From NCBI GenBank assembly GCA_903813345.2, contig CAIIXF020000001.1:24738001-24802000 (forward strand): a stretch of DNA of 64,000 bases, given 5' to 3'. Positions 15,001-25,498 of this stretch are shown piece after piece. The position numbers and the translations under genes are program-made. The notes under the pieces are model-generated. The model saw nothing but the letters and a program-made list of their open reading frames with translations, was not told the DNA's origin and did not search any database. Origin of the DNA: Owenia fusiformis (taxonomy: Eukaryota). Each line of letters starts with the position of its first letter. Positions within the stretch are counted from its first letter, which is position 1.

Positions 15001-18000
15001 CAACAGTTGCTGACACAACTACAGTGGTTGACGCAACTACGGCAGATACTACAGCAGCTGATGCTACAGCTACAGTGGCTGACACAACTACAGCTGATGC
15101 TACAACAACAGTTGATGATGCAACAACTCCTGATGTTACAACAACAGTAGCTGACACAACTACAGTGCCTGACGCAACTACGGCAGATACTACAGCAGCT
15201 GATGCTACAGCTACAGTGGCTGACACAACTACAGCTGATGCTACAACAACAGTTGATGATGCAACAACGGCTGATGTTACAACAACAGTAGCTGACACAA
15301 CTACAGTGGCTGACGCAACTACGGCAGATACTACAGCAGCTGATGCTACAACTACAGTGGCTGACTCAACTACAGCTGATGCTACAACAACAGTTGCTGA
15401 TGCAACAACAGCCGCTGATGCAACAAGTACAGTGGCTGACACAACTACAGCTGATGCTACAACAACAGTTGCTGATGCAACAACGGCTGATGTTACATCA
15501 AGAGTAGCTGACACAACTACAGTGCCTTACGCAACTACGGCAGATACTACAGCAGCTGATGCTACAGCTACAGTGGCTGACACAACTACAGCTGATGCTA
15601 CAACAACAGTTGCTGATGCAACAACGGCTGATGTTACAACAACAGTAGCTGACACAACTACAGTGGCTGACGCAACTACGGCAGATACTACAGCAGCTGA
15701 TGCTCCAACTACAGTGGCTGACACAACTACAGCTGATGTTACAACAACAGTTGCTGACACAACTACAGTGGCTGACGCAACTACTGCAGATACCACAGCA
15801 GCTGATGCTACAAGTACAGTGGCTGACACAACTACAGCTGATGCTACAACAACAGTTGCTGACACACCTACAGTGGCTGACGCAACTACGGCAGATACTT
15901 CAGCAGCTAGTGCTACAAGTACAGTGGCGGACACAACTACAGTGGCTGACGCATCTACGACAGATACTACAGCACCTGATGCTACAACTACAGTGGCTGA
16001 CACAGCTACAGCTGATGCTACAACAGCAGTTGCTGATACAACAACGGCTGATGTTACAACAACAGTAGCTGACACAACTGCAGTGGCTGACGCAACTACG
16101 GCAGATTCTACAGCCTCTGATGCTACAAGTACAGTGGCTGACACAACTACAGCTGATGCTACAACAACAGTTGCTGATGTTACAACGGCTGATGTTACAA
16201 CAACAGTTGCTGACACAACTACAGTGGCTGACGCAACTACGGCAGATACTACAGCAGTTAATGCTACAAGTACAGTGGCTGACACAATTACAGCTGATAC
16301 TACAACAACAGTTGCTGATGCAACAACGGCTGATGTTACAACAACAGTAGCTGACACAACTACAGTGGCTGAAACAACTATGGCAGATACTACAGCAGCT
16401 GATGCTACAAGTACAGTGACTGACACAACTACAGCTGATGCTACAACAACAGTTGCTGATGCAACAACGGCCGATGTTACAATAACAGTTGCTGACACAA
16501 CTACAGTGGCTGATGCAACTACGGCAGATACTACAGCAGCTGATGCTACAAGTACAGTGGCTGACACAACTATAGCTGAGGATACAACCACAGTTGAGGA
16601 TGCAACTACGGCTGATGTTACAACAACAGTAGCTGACACAACAACAGTGGCTGACGCAACTACGGCAGATACTTCAGCAGCTGATGCTACAAGTACAGTG
16701 GCTGACACAACTACAGCTGATGCTACAAGAACAGTTGATGATGCAACAACGGCTGATGTTACAACAACAATAGCTGACACAACTACAGTGGCTGACGCAA
16801 CTACGGTAGATACTACAGCAGCTGATGCTACAAGTACAGTGGCTGACACAACTACAGCTGGTGCTACAACAACAGTTGCAGATGCAACAACGGCTGATAT
16901 TACAACAACAGTTGCTGACACAACTACAGTGGTTGACGCAACTACGGCAGATACTACAGCAGCTGATGCTACAGCTACAGTGGCTGACACAACTACAGCT
17001 GATGCTACAACAACAGTTGATGATGCAACAACTCCTGATGTTACAACAACAGTAGCTGACACAACTACAGTGCCTGACGCAACTACGGCAGATACTACAG
17101 CAGCTGATGCTACAGCTACAGTGGCTGACACAACTACAGCTGATGCTACAACAACAGTTGATGATGCAACAACGGCTGATGTTACAACAACAGTAGCTGA
17201 CACAACTACAGTGGCTGACGCAACTACGGCAGATACTACAGCAGCTGATGCTACAACTACAGTGGCTGACTCAACTACAGCTGATGCTACAACAACAGTT
17301 GCTGATGCAACAACAGGCGCTGATGCAACACGTACAGTGGCTGACACAACTACAGCTGATGCTACAACAACAGTTGCTGATGCAACAACGGCTGATGTTA
17401 CATCAAGAGTAGCTGACACAACTACAGTGCCTTACGCAACTACGGCAGATACTACAGCAGCTGATGCTACAGCTACAGTGGCTGACACAACTACAGCTGA
17501 TGCTACAACAACAGTTGCTGATGCAACAACGGCTGATGTTACAACAACAGTAGCTGACACAACTACAGTGGCTGACGCAACTACGGCAGATACTACAGCA
17601 GCTGATGCTCCAACTACAGTGGCTGACACAACTACAGCTGATGTTACAACAACAGTTGCTGACACAACTACAGTGGCTGACGCAACTACTGCAGATACCA
17701 CAGCAGCTGATGCTACAAGTACAGTGGCTGACACAACTACAGCTGATGCTACAACAACAGTTGCTGACACACCTACAGTGGCTGACGCAACTACGGCAGA
17801 TACTTCAGCAGCTAGTGCTACAAGTACAGTGGCGGACACAACTACAGCTGATGCTACAACACCACAAGCTGACACAACTACAGTGGCTGACGCATCTACG
17901 GCAGATACTACAGCAGCTGATTCTACAACTACAGTGGCAGACACAACTACAACTGATGCTACAACGGCTGATGTTACAACAACAGTAGCTGAGACAACTA

Positions 18001-19510
18001 CAGCGGCTGACGTAACTACGCCAGATACTACAGCAGCTGATGCCAAAACCACAGTGGCGGACACAACTACAGCTAATGCTACAACAACAGTTGCTGATGC
18101 AAAAACGGCTGATGATACAACAACAGTTGCTGACACAACTACAGTGGCTGACACAACTACGGCAGATAATGCAGCAGCTGATACTACAACTACAGTGGCT
18201 GACACAACAACAGCTGATGTTACAAAAACAGTTGCTGATGCAACAACAGCTGATGTTACAACAACACTAGCTTACAAAACTACAGTGGCTGACGCAACTA
18301 CGGCAGATACTACAGCAGCTGGTGCTACAACAACAGTGGCTGAAAGAACTACAACTGATGCTACAACAACAGTTGCTGATGCAACAACGGCTGATGTTAC
18401 AACATTAGTTCCTGACACAACTACAGCGGCTGACGCAACTACGGCAGATACTACAGCAGCTGATGCTTCAACTTCAGTGGCTGACACAACTACAGCTGAT
18501 GCTACAACAACAGGTGCTGATGCAACAACAGCTTATGTTACAACAACAGTAGTTGACACAACTACAGTGGCTGACGCAGCTACATCAGATACTACTGCAG
18601 CTGATGCTACAACTACAATTGCTGACACAACTACAGCTGATGATACAACAACAGTTGATGATGCAACAACGGCTGATGTTACAACAACAGTTGCTGACAC
18701 AACTACATTGGCTGTCACAACTACGGCAGATACTACAACAGTTGATGCTTCACTTAGAGTGGCTGTCACAACTACAGCTGATGCTACAACAACATTTGCT
18801 GATGCAAGAACGGATAATATTACAACAACAGTTGCTGGCACCACTAAAGTGGCTGACGCAACTACGGCAAATACTACAACAGCTGATGCTCTAACTACAA
18901 TGGTTGACACAACTACAGCTGATGCTACAACAACTGTTGCTGATGCAACAACGGCTTATGTAACAATAACAATTGCTGGCACAACTGCAGTAGCTGACGC
19001 AACTACGGCATATACTACAGCAGCTGATGCTACAACACAAGTGGCTGATGCAACAGCAGCTGATATAACAACTACAGTTGCTGGCACAACTACAGTGGCT
19101 GACGCAACTACGTCAGATACTACAGCAGCGGATGCTACAACTACATTGGCTGACACAACTACAGCTGATGCTACAACAACAATTGCTGATGCAACAACGG
19201 CTGATGTTACAACAACAGTAGCTGACACAACTACAGTTGATGATACAACAACAGTTGCTGATGCAACAACGGCTAATGTTACAACAACAGTTGCTGACAC
19301 AACTACAGTGGCTAATGTTACACAAGCTGTCACTACGACACATGCAACTACGACAGATACTACAGCAGCTGATGCTACAACTACTGTGGTTGACACAACT
19401 ACAACTTATGCTACAACAACAGTTGCTGATGCAACAACGGCTGATGTTACAACAACACTTGCCAACATAATTACAGTGGCTGACACAACTGCGGCTGATG
19501 CAACAAGTAC
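1..19510 (+). repeat. Coding tandem array A; consensus unit 141 bp / 47 aa, ADTTTV-ADATT-ADTTA-ADATTTV-ADTTT-ADATTTV-ADATT-ADVTTTV
   Basis: Marker tacggcagat recurs at 141-bp spacing (e.g. 1061 and 1202). Shorter units lack whole 15/18/21-bp sub-repeats. The array degenerates after ~17850. Confidence 0.95.
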
Positions 19511-19679
19511 ATTCCCAACATCTGGTCTTACAACTATAAGTTCTTTGCTTTACATAGTTCAACTAAATGGGACTGTCAGAATAACACATTACATGGGGGA
19601 AGCTGCAGAGTATAATTCTACGCTTGACGACGCGACGTCATATTTTTACTCTAAACTGTCGTCCGAGGCATGTGGAGAG
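1..19679 (+). CDS. Giant coding exon A (5'-truncated by the window) of a mucin-like glycoprotein: ~6,500 aa Thr/Ala/Asp/Val repeat plus N-half of a SEA domain
   Basis: Frame +3 is open from base 3 (ACA GCA CCT GAT...), so the GTG at 27 is not a real start. Track ORF 27..19694. The repeat decays near 19500 into unique sequence LYIVQLNGTVRITHYMGEAAEYNSTLDDATSYFYSKLSSEACGE, followed by a phase-0 donor GAG|GTAATG at 19679/19680. Confidence 0.93.
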
Positions 19680-19804
19680 GTAATGTTTTTGTAAATTATT
19701 AATGCCAAATGTCTGTTATTTCTCGATCAAATTGGCATAGTGAAATAAATAAGCAAATGGAAGAGATACATGTCAAGTTTTTATATGTACAATCTTTATT
19801 TTAG
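19680..19804 (+). other. Intron 1 (125 bp, phase 0, GT-AG), splitting the SEA domain
   Basis: Starts GTAATG, ends tctttattttAG; AT-rich with an in-frame stop at 19692-19694; removing it gives a continuous ...EACGE|ITTAF... reading. Confidence 0.9.
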
Positions 19805-20024
19805 ATCACTACTGCATTTGCTTCTACGACATATTCCTCGATTTACGTATCCTGTTCCATAACAGGATTTTCGTCTGGTAGTATTCTTGCAAGTTTTACG
19901 TTGGATTTCGAACAAGAAGTTGAAAGCACGTTGAACTCTTCCAACGCACAGAGTGAGCTTTCTGATAATATAGGAACGTCTACAACAACTGTTGTGTTTG
20001 ACTCATCACATACGACTATATCAG
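19805..20024 (+). CDS. Coding exon B (220 bp): C-half of the SEA domain, ITTAFASTTYSSIYVSCSITGFSSGSILASFTLDFEQEVESTLNSSNAQSELSDNIGTSTTTVVFDSSHTTIS
   Basis: Acceptor ttttAG|ATC at 19804/19805; same frame as track ORF 19901..20086; donor TCA G|GTAAAT at 20024/20025 (phase 1). GFSSGSILASFTLDF fits the SEA pattern F-x-x-G-S-(I/V)-x-x-x-F-x-L-x-F. Confidence 0.9.
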
Positions 20025-20800
20025 GTAAATGTACTGCATGTATTTCTCAATTTATTGAATTACATATTCACGGTGTTATAGCATGACGGTTACGCCACCT
20101 CTGAAAACGAGGTTGGGCGGCTTCGTTCACTGATTTATCCAATAAAATGGCCGCGGTGGAAGAGAAAACTAAGGTTGGTGCATTATTTTCTACAACTGTG
20201 TATCAATGAAAGGATGAACGATTTATGTAAGCCTTGCATTCGGTGATGCATCCAGTAATGTATATTTTGAACGTAGTCTTTGCAAATTGATGCCGGGTGA
20301 TAAAATGAAATAAAAGAAAAACTGTCGAGTTATAAATTCAAAACTACACAAAATTTAGTAATTTGATTATTTTTGTTGTTAGGACATGGTCTATATTGCC
20401 TAACAACCTTGGGGTATATAAATGTAACCTACATACGATCATAAAAAGCCAATTGAGCATTGGAAACCACCTAATATGTTCTACTCAAGCCATAATAATG
20501 TATTTTAAATTTGCGGTAACGTAAAAAGTATACACCACGTTCCTGTTCTGGATTTGTCATTTTATGGCTTGTTTATACACAGTTTACTTACAGTTAATAT
20601 TTTGAGTGGCTCTCAGGCACATGAACTGGGAAAACACGAGGATGGATCAAAAATTATGAATTTGGATATCTTAGTCGGTAGGTTTACAGCTTATATTCTG
20701 TTTCTTGTAGACCACCTGGCAGATTTGACCCAGTCTTTATAACCATCCATATATACGTCACCGAATGGAACTAGTTTAAAGTGTCTCACATATTCGATCA

Positions 20801-21194
20801 AAAGGACGATTCTCGGTTTGGAGAACGAAGTTCATCAATCTAAATGAGCATTATCCCTGCTTCGGACAAATTTGATTTTTTTACATAATATAGATTTGAA
20901 TGTCTTCTTTTGAATAGTCATAATTTAATTTGGGTAATATTTCTTGATTTTTCGCAAAAAGATATCAGCGCAGTACACTGACAGTACACTTTCCCCAAAT
21001 CGAGACTTGTATTTTTATTGAATCGGTCTAATTGAAGGCTATCCCTGCTTCAGACCAATTTGTTATTTTTACATCTTGTAGATTTAAATATCCTCTTTTG
21101 AATATTCATAGTTTAATTTGGGTAATATTTCTATATTTTTCCTGAAAAAATTATTAGTCCAGGAGACTGTTCTCCAAACCGAGAATCGTCCTTT
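20801..21194. mobile_element. MITE-like element (394 bp) nested in the CACGGTG transposon, with perfect 26-bp TIRs and an internal ~188-bp-offset duplication
   Basis: aaaggacgattctcggtttggagaac (20801-20826) is the reverse complement of gttctccaaaccgagaatcgtccttt (21169-21194). Internal direct repeat atccctgcttc...tttaatttgggtaatatttct starts at 20853 and 21041. No clear TSD. Confidence 0.75.
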
Positions 21195-21519
21195 CCCATG
21201 CAAACATGTTAGTCTACTTTACTGGCCCCCTTGCTGTAACAAGGAACACAAAACACATTTTAAACGTAAACATAAACCAATTAGTCAGACGATCACTTTA
21301 CTATGAAAGTTAGGGGTGTTCAAGGCAAATGTGTATTAGCAGAATACGCTGTGTGCATGGACTAACACAATGTCAGTGGTCATTTACTGTGTCAACTTAG
21401 TAACCCTTGCATATCGTGCTCACTCAAGTATTAAATAATTTTTTTATGATCTAAATGTTTGTGGTTTATAAAAAAATGTGATATATTTTAGTTGGAAATA
21501 CATTAATAAATATATTCAT

Positions 21520-21983
21520 TCAAACAGCACTAGAATGCGGGGAGAAAGAGCAATGGTGACAAAATGCAGACCGAATTTTCCGTAAGGGTTTCAAACATTT
21601 CTGGACACAATCATACATGTACTTCATGTGTACTGTTATTTTTAGTGCTGTCTTTATAGATATAATTTCACGTATTAAAATCATATCTTCCAGCAATGAC
21701 TTCAAATTCGGAACCACCCCCATATCACATTTTCTTTAATAACTCCAAACATGTGTAAACATTGACCATGTGCATATAAATTCAGATTTCACGAGCTCTT
21801 TCCTATTCGAGTACCTCATACACCCCTGCATTGATTTGAGTTGGATTCGCCTTTTATACGTGAGCCGGTACACATCGCAAACGCTGATTGGATAAAGATT
21901 GCGAGAATCTTTAAAAGGAAATCTTATCTCTGAATATTGCCTACAGGCAAGAAAGAGGACATGCTGCCTTTCCCATCCGCCAT
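21520..21983 (-). pseudogene. Decayed N-terminus of a RAG1-like/Chapaev-like transposase (CND/Chapa zinc finger, possibly followed by a RING remnant)
   Basis: aaaATGGCGG at 21983 just inside the right TIR; one frame away WERQHVLFLACRQ[Y], then DSRNL[Y]PISVCDV[Y]RLTYKRR (D-x4-H/Y-x4-C-x2-C spacing; bracketed Tyr codons are one transition from Cys or His), a frameshifted EF-YAHGQC-YTC, and CVQKCLKPLRKIRSAFCHHCSF. By-eye motif match only. Confidence 0.5.
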
Positions 21984-22090
21984 TTTTTGTTATCGTTACC
22001 GCAAAATTTTGCAAATCGCCTTGACGTAACCGTCATGCTATAACACCGTGATATTAGGTTACTAATTATTTTTTATATCAGTCCAACCGC

Positions 22091-22655
22091 TAGTCATCCA
22101 GACTGTATTTACTGAAATAAAATTTCTAATTTTTTTTTGATCTTTAAAAAAAATTCTGCAAAAAACACATCTTTTACCCCAAAACACATTTTGACACCTA
22201 TTTCTTCTTGTTAAATCTCAGTATCAATTAAGAAACCAATTATCTTTCAATTAGTTAACATGACTTGCCTGCTCGTCAAAAAGAGGTCATTATATTTTCA
22301 ATGCACTGATTCTAGTCTACATTCATTTCACTATGTGCCAACCATAAGAGAAATCTCTAAAACCTCCCCATAATCACCAAAATCGATCAAAACTAATTAA
22401 TATTCACTTTTCCATAGTCAATCAGATTGTATTTACTAAAATAAAATTTCTAAAAAATGTTTTAAATTTCTAAAAACAAATTCTGCGAAAAAACACGACT
22501 TTTACCCAAAAACACAATTTGACACCTATTTCGTCTTGTTAAATCTCAGTATCAATTAAGGAACCCTTTTCCTTTCAACTAGTTAACATGACTTGCCTGC
22601 TCGTCAAAATATAAGATGTCATTATATTTTCAACCCCCTGATTCTAGTCTATATT
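22091..22655. repeat. Imperfect direct repeat, two copies of ~235 bp
   Basis: tagtca..caga.tgtatttact.aaataaaatttctaa ... gttaaatctcagtatcaattaag ... gttaacatgacttgcctgctcgtcaaaa ... tgattctagtcta at ~22091-22323 and ~22415-22655. Confidence 0.9.
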
Positions 22656-23218
22656 GGAGTATTTTTGATCTACTCTCTTGACTTTGCTCTACTTATTATT
22701 TCTTGACAACAAGCAAATCAAAAAATTCGACATGAACCGATGTCGATCGACTAACCTCATATATACCGAGTGTCAATTCAGAATGATCTTCGGTTTTGAC
22801 TCTACTTAGATACAACTCCTCAGTTGTATCCATAATAGGTGAACGCCTATGGTGCTAGTGAATAACCAAGTCCCAGGTGAGTGGTTCGTATCTCTCCGTG
22901 ATATATTATTTTTGGAGCAAGGAGTAGGTTTGAAAACACGACGCACAAGACAAAATCGTATGGAATAACTTGCGATAAGCTAGTTATTAAGCTTGTTATT
23001 ATGGTCTTACTAGTGGTTATTATTGAGTAATGGTACAGGTATTCGATATGGTATTGCAGCTTACACTTAAGTAATGGTACACGTATCCTTGGATTTTAGG
23101 CCCGAATACCGAAGTTTATTTTTTTAATTATCGTGTATTATTATTTTGTGTTAATATTAGTTAACCATATTAGTTAACTATTGGCATGATATGATAACCT
23201 TGTTATATTAATATAGCG

Positions 23219-23270
23219 CATAGGCGTAGCCAGGGGGATGCGATGTGTGCGATCGCACCCCCCCCCCCTC
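23219..23270 (+). mobile_element. Probable MITE terminus CATAGGCGTAGCCAGG-Gn-TGCGATG (copy 1)
   Basis: The same 16-mer plus G-run plus tgcgatg.gtgcgat recurs at 26177; here it forms a short GGGGG.TGCGAT / ATCGCACCCCC hairpin. No matching opposite end was found. Confidence 0.5.
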
Positions 23271-24259
23271 CATAACCAATGAAAATAGAACCATTAGATA
23301 GAAGAAAAAAGTCTTAAAATGCTTTTTATTTGAAGCTTCTAGCTCGATTTTGAACGAAGTTGCACCAATTTTTGTAAAATTCAAAACAAATCTTCAAAAA
23401 CATTTTTTATGCGACGATAGTTTTATGAAAAATATCACGGAAGATGTATTCTAGATATCAGTAGTATTCTCAGAAATTTATTATCCGAAACGGATAACAT
23501 CTGGCCACTCAGACAAACAATCGCAGACATAGGCTAAGTTTGTTTATTTAACAGTTAGATTTGTTGACTTACCGATCCGTATTTCGATCTCCGGGAAGAC
23601 GTTCTTTTCACTTTGTATTTGCGTGCAGTGTAATATAAGTTGATACTTTTGTTCAAAAATGTACTTTTAATGGCCATTTTATGCCTTTTATTTTCAAATT
23701 ATGTTTTGTTTGGATGTCAGTGTGAAAAGTCAAGAAACGTCAACCCCGACTTTAAATTGTTTTAAAATGTTGGTTAATCACTTATGGCAAATCACAAGGT
23801 TGATGATGTCAACGGACCATGATCGTGGAAGGCTATCAATATATCGCATAGAAAATAAATATAGCTAATTTTTCGCACTGATATGATGATGACTATTCTG
23901 GCGAATCGGGTAGATATTTCTCAGTTTTTTTCCGGTAATAAAACTATTCATTTCTATCAATTTTACAAACGGGGTCCTTTGAATGCACATTAAAACTATA
24001 AAAGTATTTATTGGGCGTACATACTCGTTCTGTCATGTTACTTACATTTCATTTGCAAGTTGTCCACATATTAATCCGGCGTTTTGTTTAATCAAATTTC
24101 CCGCCCCTTGAGGTTTCCGACTGTAAAACTTAATATTTAATACTAACCAATGCATCAGTTAATATTTTCAGATACAAATTTTCCATTTTTATTTCTCTGA
24201 TAGATAAAGTCTCATTTTGAATCTGTTCGTGTATTAAAGAGTATGCTTTTATAATGCCG

Positions 24260-24389
24260 TGGTCACATTTGCTCAGATTTTCAGCACCGGCGCCCGGCCG
24301 ATGAGTATTTTGTTCAAAATTGTATTCAATTCTGAACAAAATACTCAATCGGCCGGGCGCCGTAATGAAAATCGGAACAAATGTTACCA
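24260..24389. repeat. Near-perfect ~130-bp palindrome (foldback hairpin)
   Basis: Arm cggcgcccggccgatgagtattttgttcaaaattg, loop tatt, arm caattctgaacaaaatactcaatcggccgggcgccg (one mismatch and one indel in the core); outer arms tggtcacatttg / caaatgttacca. Confidence 0.9.
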
Positions 24390-24814
24390 AGTCATAACTG
24401 ATGAAAAATCAAATGAGAACATGAACATGGATAATAGGGGAACTATTACGCTGCGTGCAGAGTCTAATTATAAACTACGAGAAGACGAGAAACTCTCATT
24501 AGAGAAGTGAAGTCGAACGAATGCAAAGGGTAGGGTACTATAGAAGGGGATCATATAAAAGCACGATCTATTTCACAACCCCTTTAACTTTTGTTCTTCA
24601 ACTGTTGCCCTTTGTGCATTTCAAAAATAAAATATCTTAATCTGATTTGTTCCACCTTTCTTTTCGCTCAGTTCTGCACTATTATTTCCATATGTTGTTT
24701 AGGATTATGTCATTTGCGAAATAGCTATAAGACATTATGAGAATGAATATGGGAGTTTCCACGATAATGTTGTTCACATGATTTTATACTCATACCTGCA
24801 TAACAATCGGAGAC

Positions 24815-25498
24815 AGAAGTCTTAATATTGTCCAATAAAAAATGAGAATCTAACATTTAATGATAACAAAAGGATTAATTGCTTAGTTCTCTTTGTTTTA
24901 GTCTTTGTTTTCTTAAATGCGGAAGTGTACCAACATCACCTAGATTATATAAGAGATCATCTAACAGTCTAAAATTGCTTTTAATTGCAAGTTAATGCAT
25001 TCCGACCAAAATTTGTATACCTGTAATTGGGGGGGGGGGGGCGATGTTACATCACATAACTACAACGTTCATATAGAAATATACAATAAGCATGTCAGTA
25101 TAAAAGTTAAAATTATAAAAACTCATTTCAAAGTCATTCTGTTCATGGAAGCGTCAAGTTATGAAAAACAATGCTAAACACTCAAACAAATCGACTTGAT
25201 TACCTTTGAAAACTTCTTGAGAGGAAATGGACAAATGTATTTTTCTAACTCATTAGAACGTCTGTCTGATTGAAATACTATTTTTAAATACAAACATAAA
25301 TGATTTAATCTTGGTCAGAAGTCTGAACATTGTCCAACAAAATAATAAGAATCTAACATTTAATGATTACAAAAGGATTAATTGCTATATAGTCTTTGTC
25401 TTAGTCTTTGTTTTTCTAACGGCGGAAGTGTACCAACATCACCTTGATTACCGAAGAGAATCAAGAGATCATCTAACAGTCTAAAATTGCTTTTAATT
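24815..25498. repeat. Imperfect direct repeat, two copies of ~175 bp about 505 bp apart
   Basis: cagaagtct...gaatctaacatttaatgat.acaaaaggattaattgct...gcggaagtgtaccaacatcacc...aagagatcatctaacagtctaaaattgcttttaatt at ~24815-24987 and ~25317-25498. Confidence 0.88.

Larger units (their letters stand above)
19548..20024 (+). other. SEA domain (split by intron 1) with putative G/S autoproteolysis site at 19877-19882
   Basis: Recognised by eye: N-terminal strand (VQLNGTVRI), YNSTLDDATSYFYSKL matching the Y-x-x-x-L-x-D-x-x-S-x-x-Y segment of SEA domains, a helix, then FSSGSIL. About 115 aa, two Cys, N-glycosylation sequons NGT, NST, NSS. No HMM search was run. Confidence 0.85.
20069..22050 (-). mobile_element. 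Non-autonomous cut-and-paste DNA transposon (1,982 bp) with CAC...GTG termini and 5-bp TSD; RAG-like/Transib or Chapaev-related
   Basis: cacggtgttatagcatgacggttacg (20069-20094) is the exact reverse complement of cgtaaccgtcatgctataacaccgtg (22025-22050). ATATT lies directly outside both ends (20064-20068 and 22051-22055); 3-bp and 4-bp duplications do not fit. The family assignment is inference. Confidence 0.9.

Noticed and set aside
27-19694. A complete single-exon 6,555-aa prokaryote-style ORF (giant adhesin) from GTG to TAA
   Set aside because: The frame is open upstream of base 27, and the last codons (VMFL-stop) are intron sequence after a GT donor; the SEA domain continues in the next exon.
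20069-20110. A bona fide 12/23 RSS
   Set aside because: Only the heptamer resembles an RSS; the nearest A-rich stretch (ctgaaaacg) is a poor nonamer match at a 25-bp spacing.
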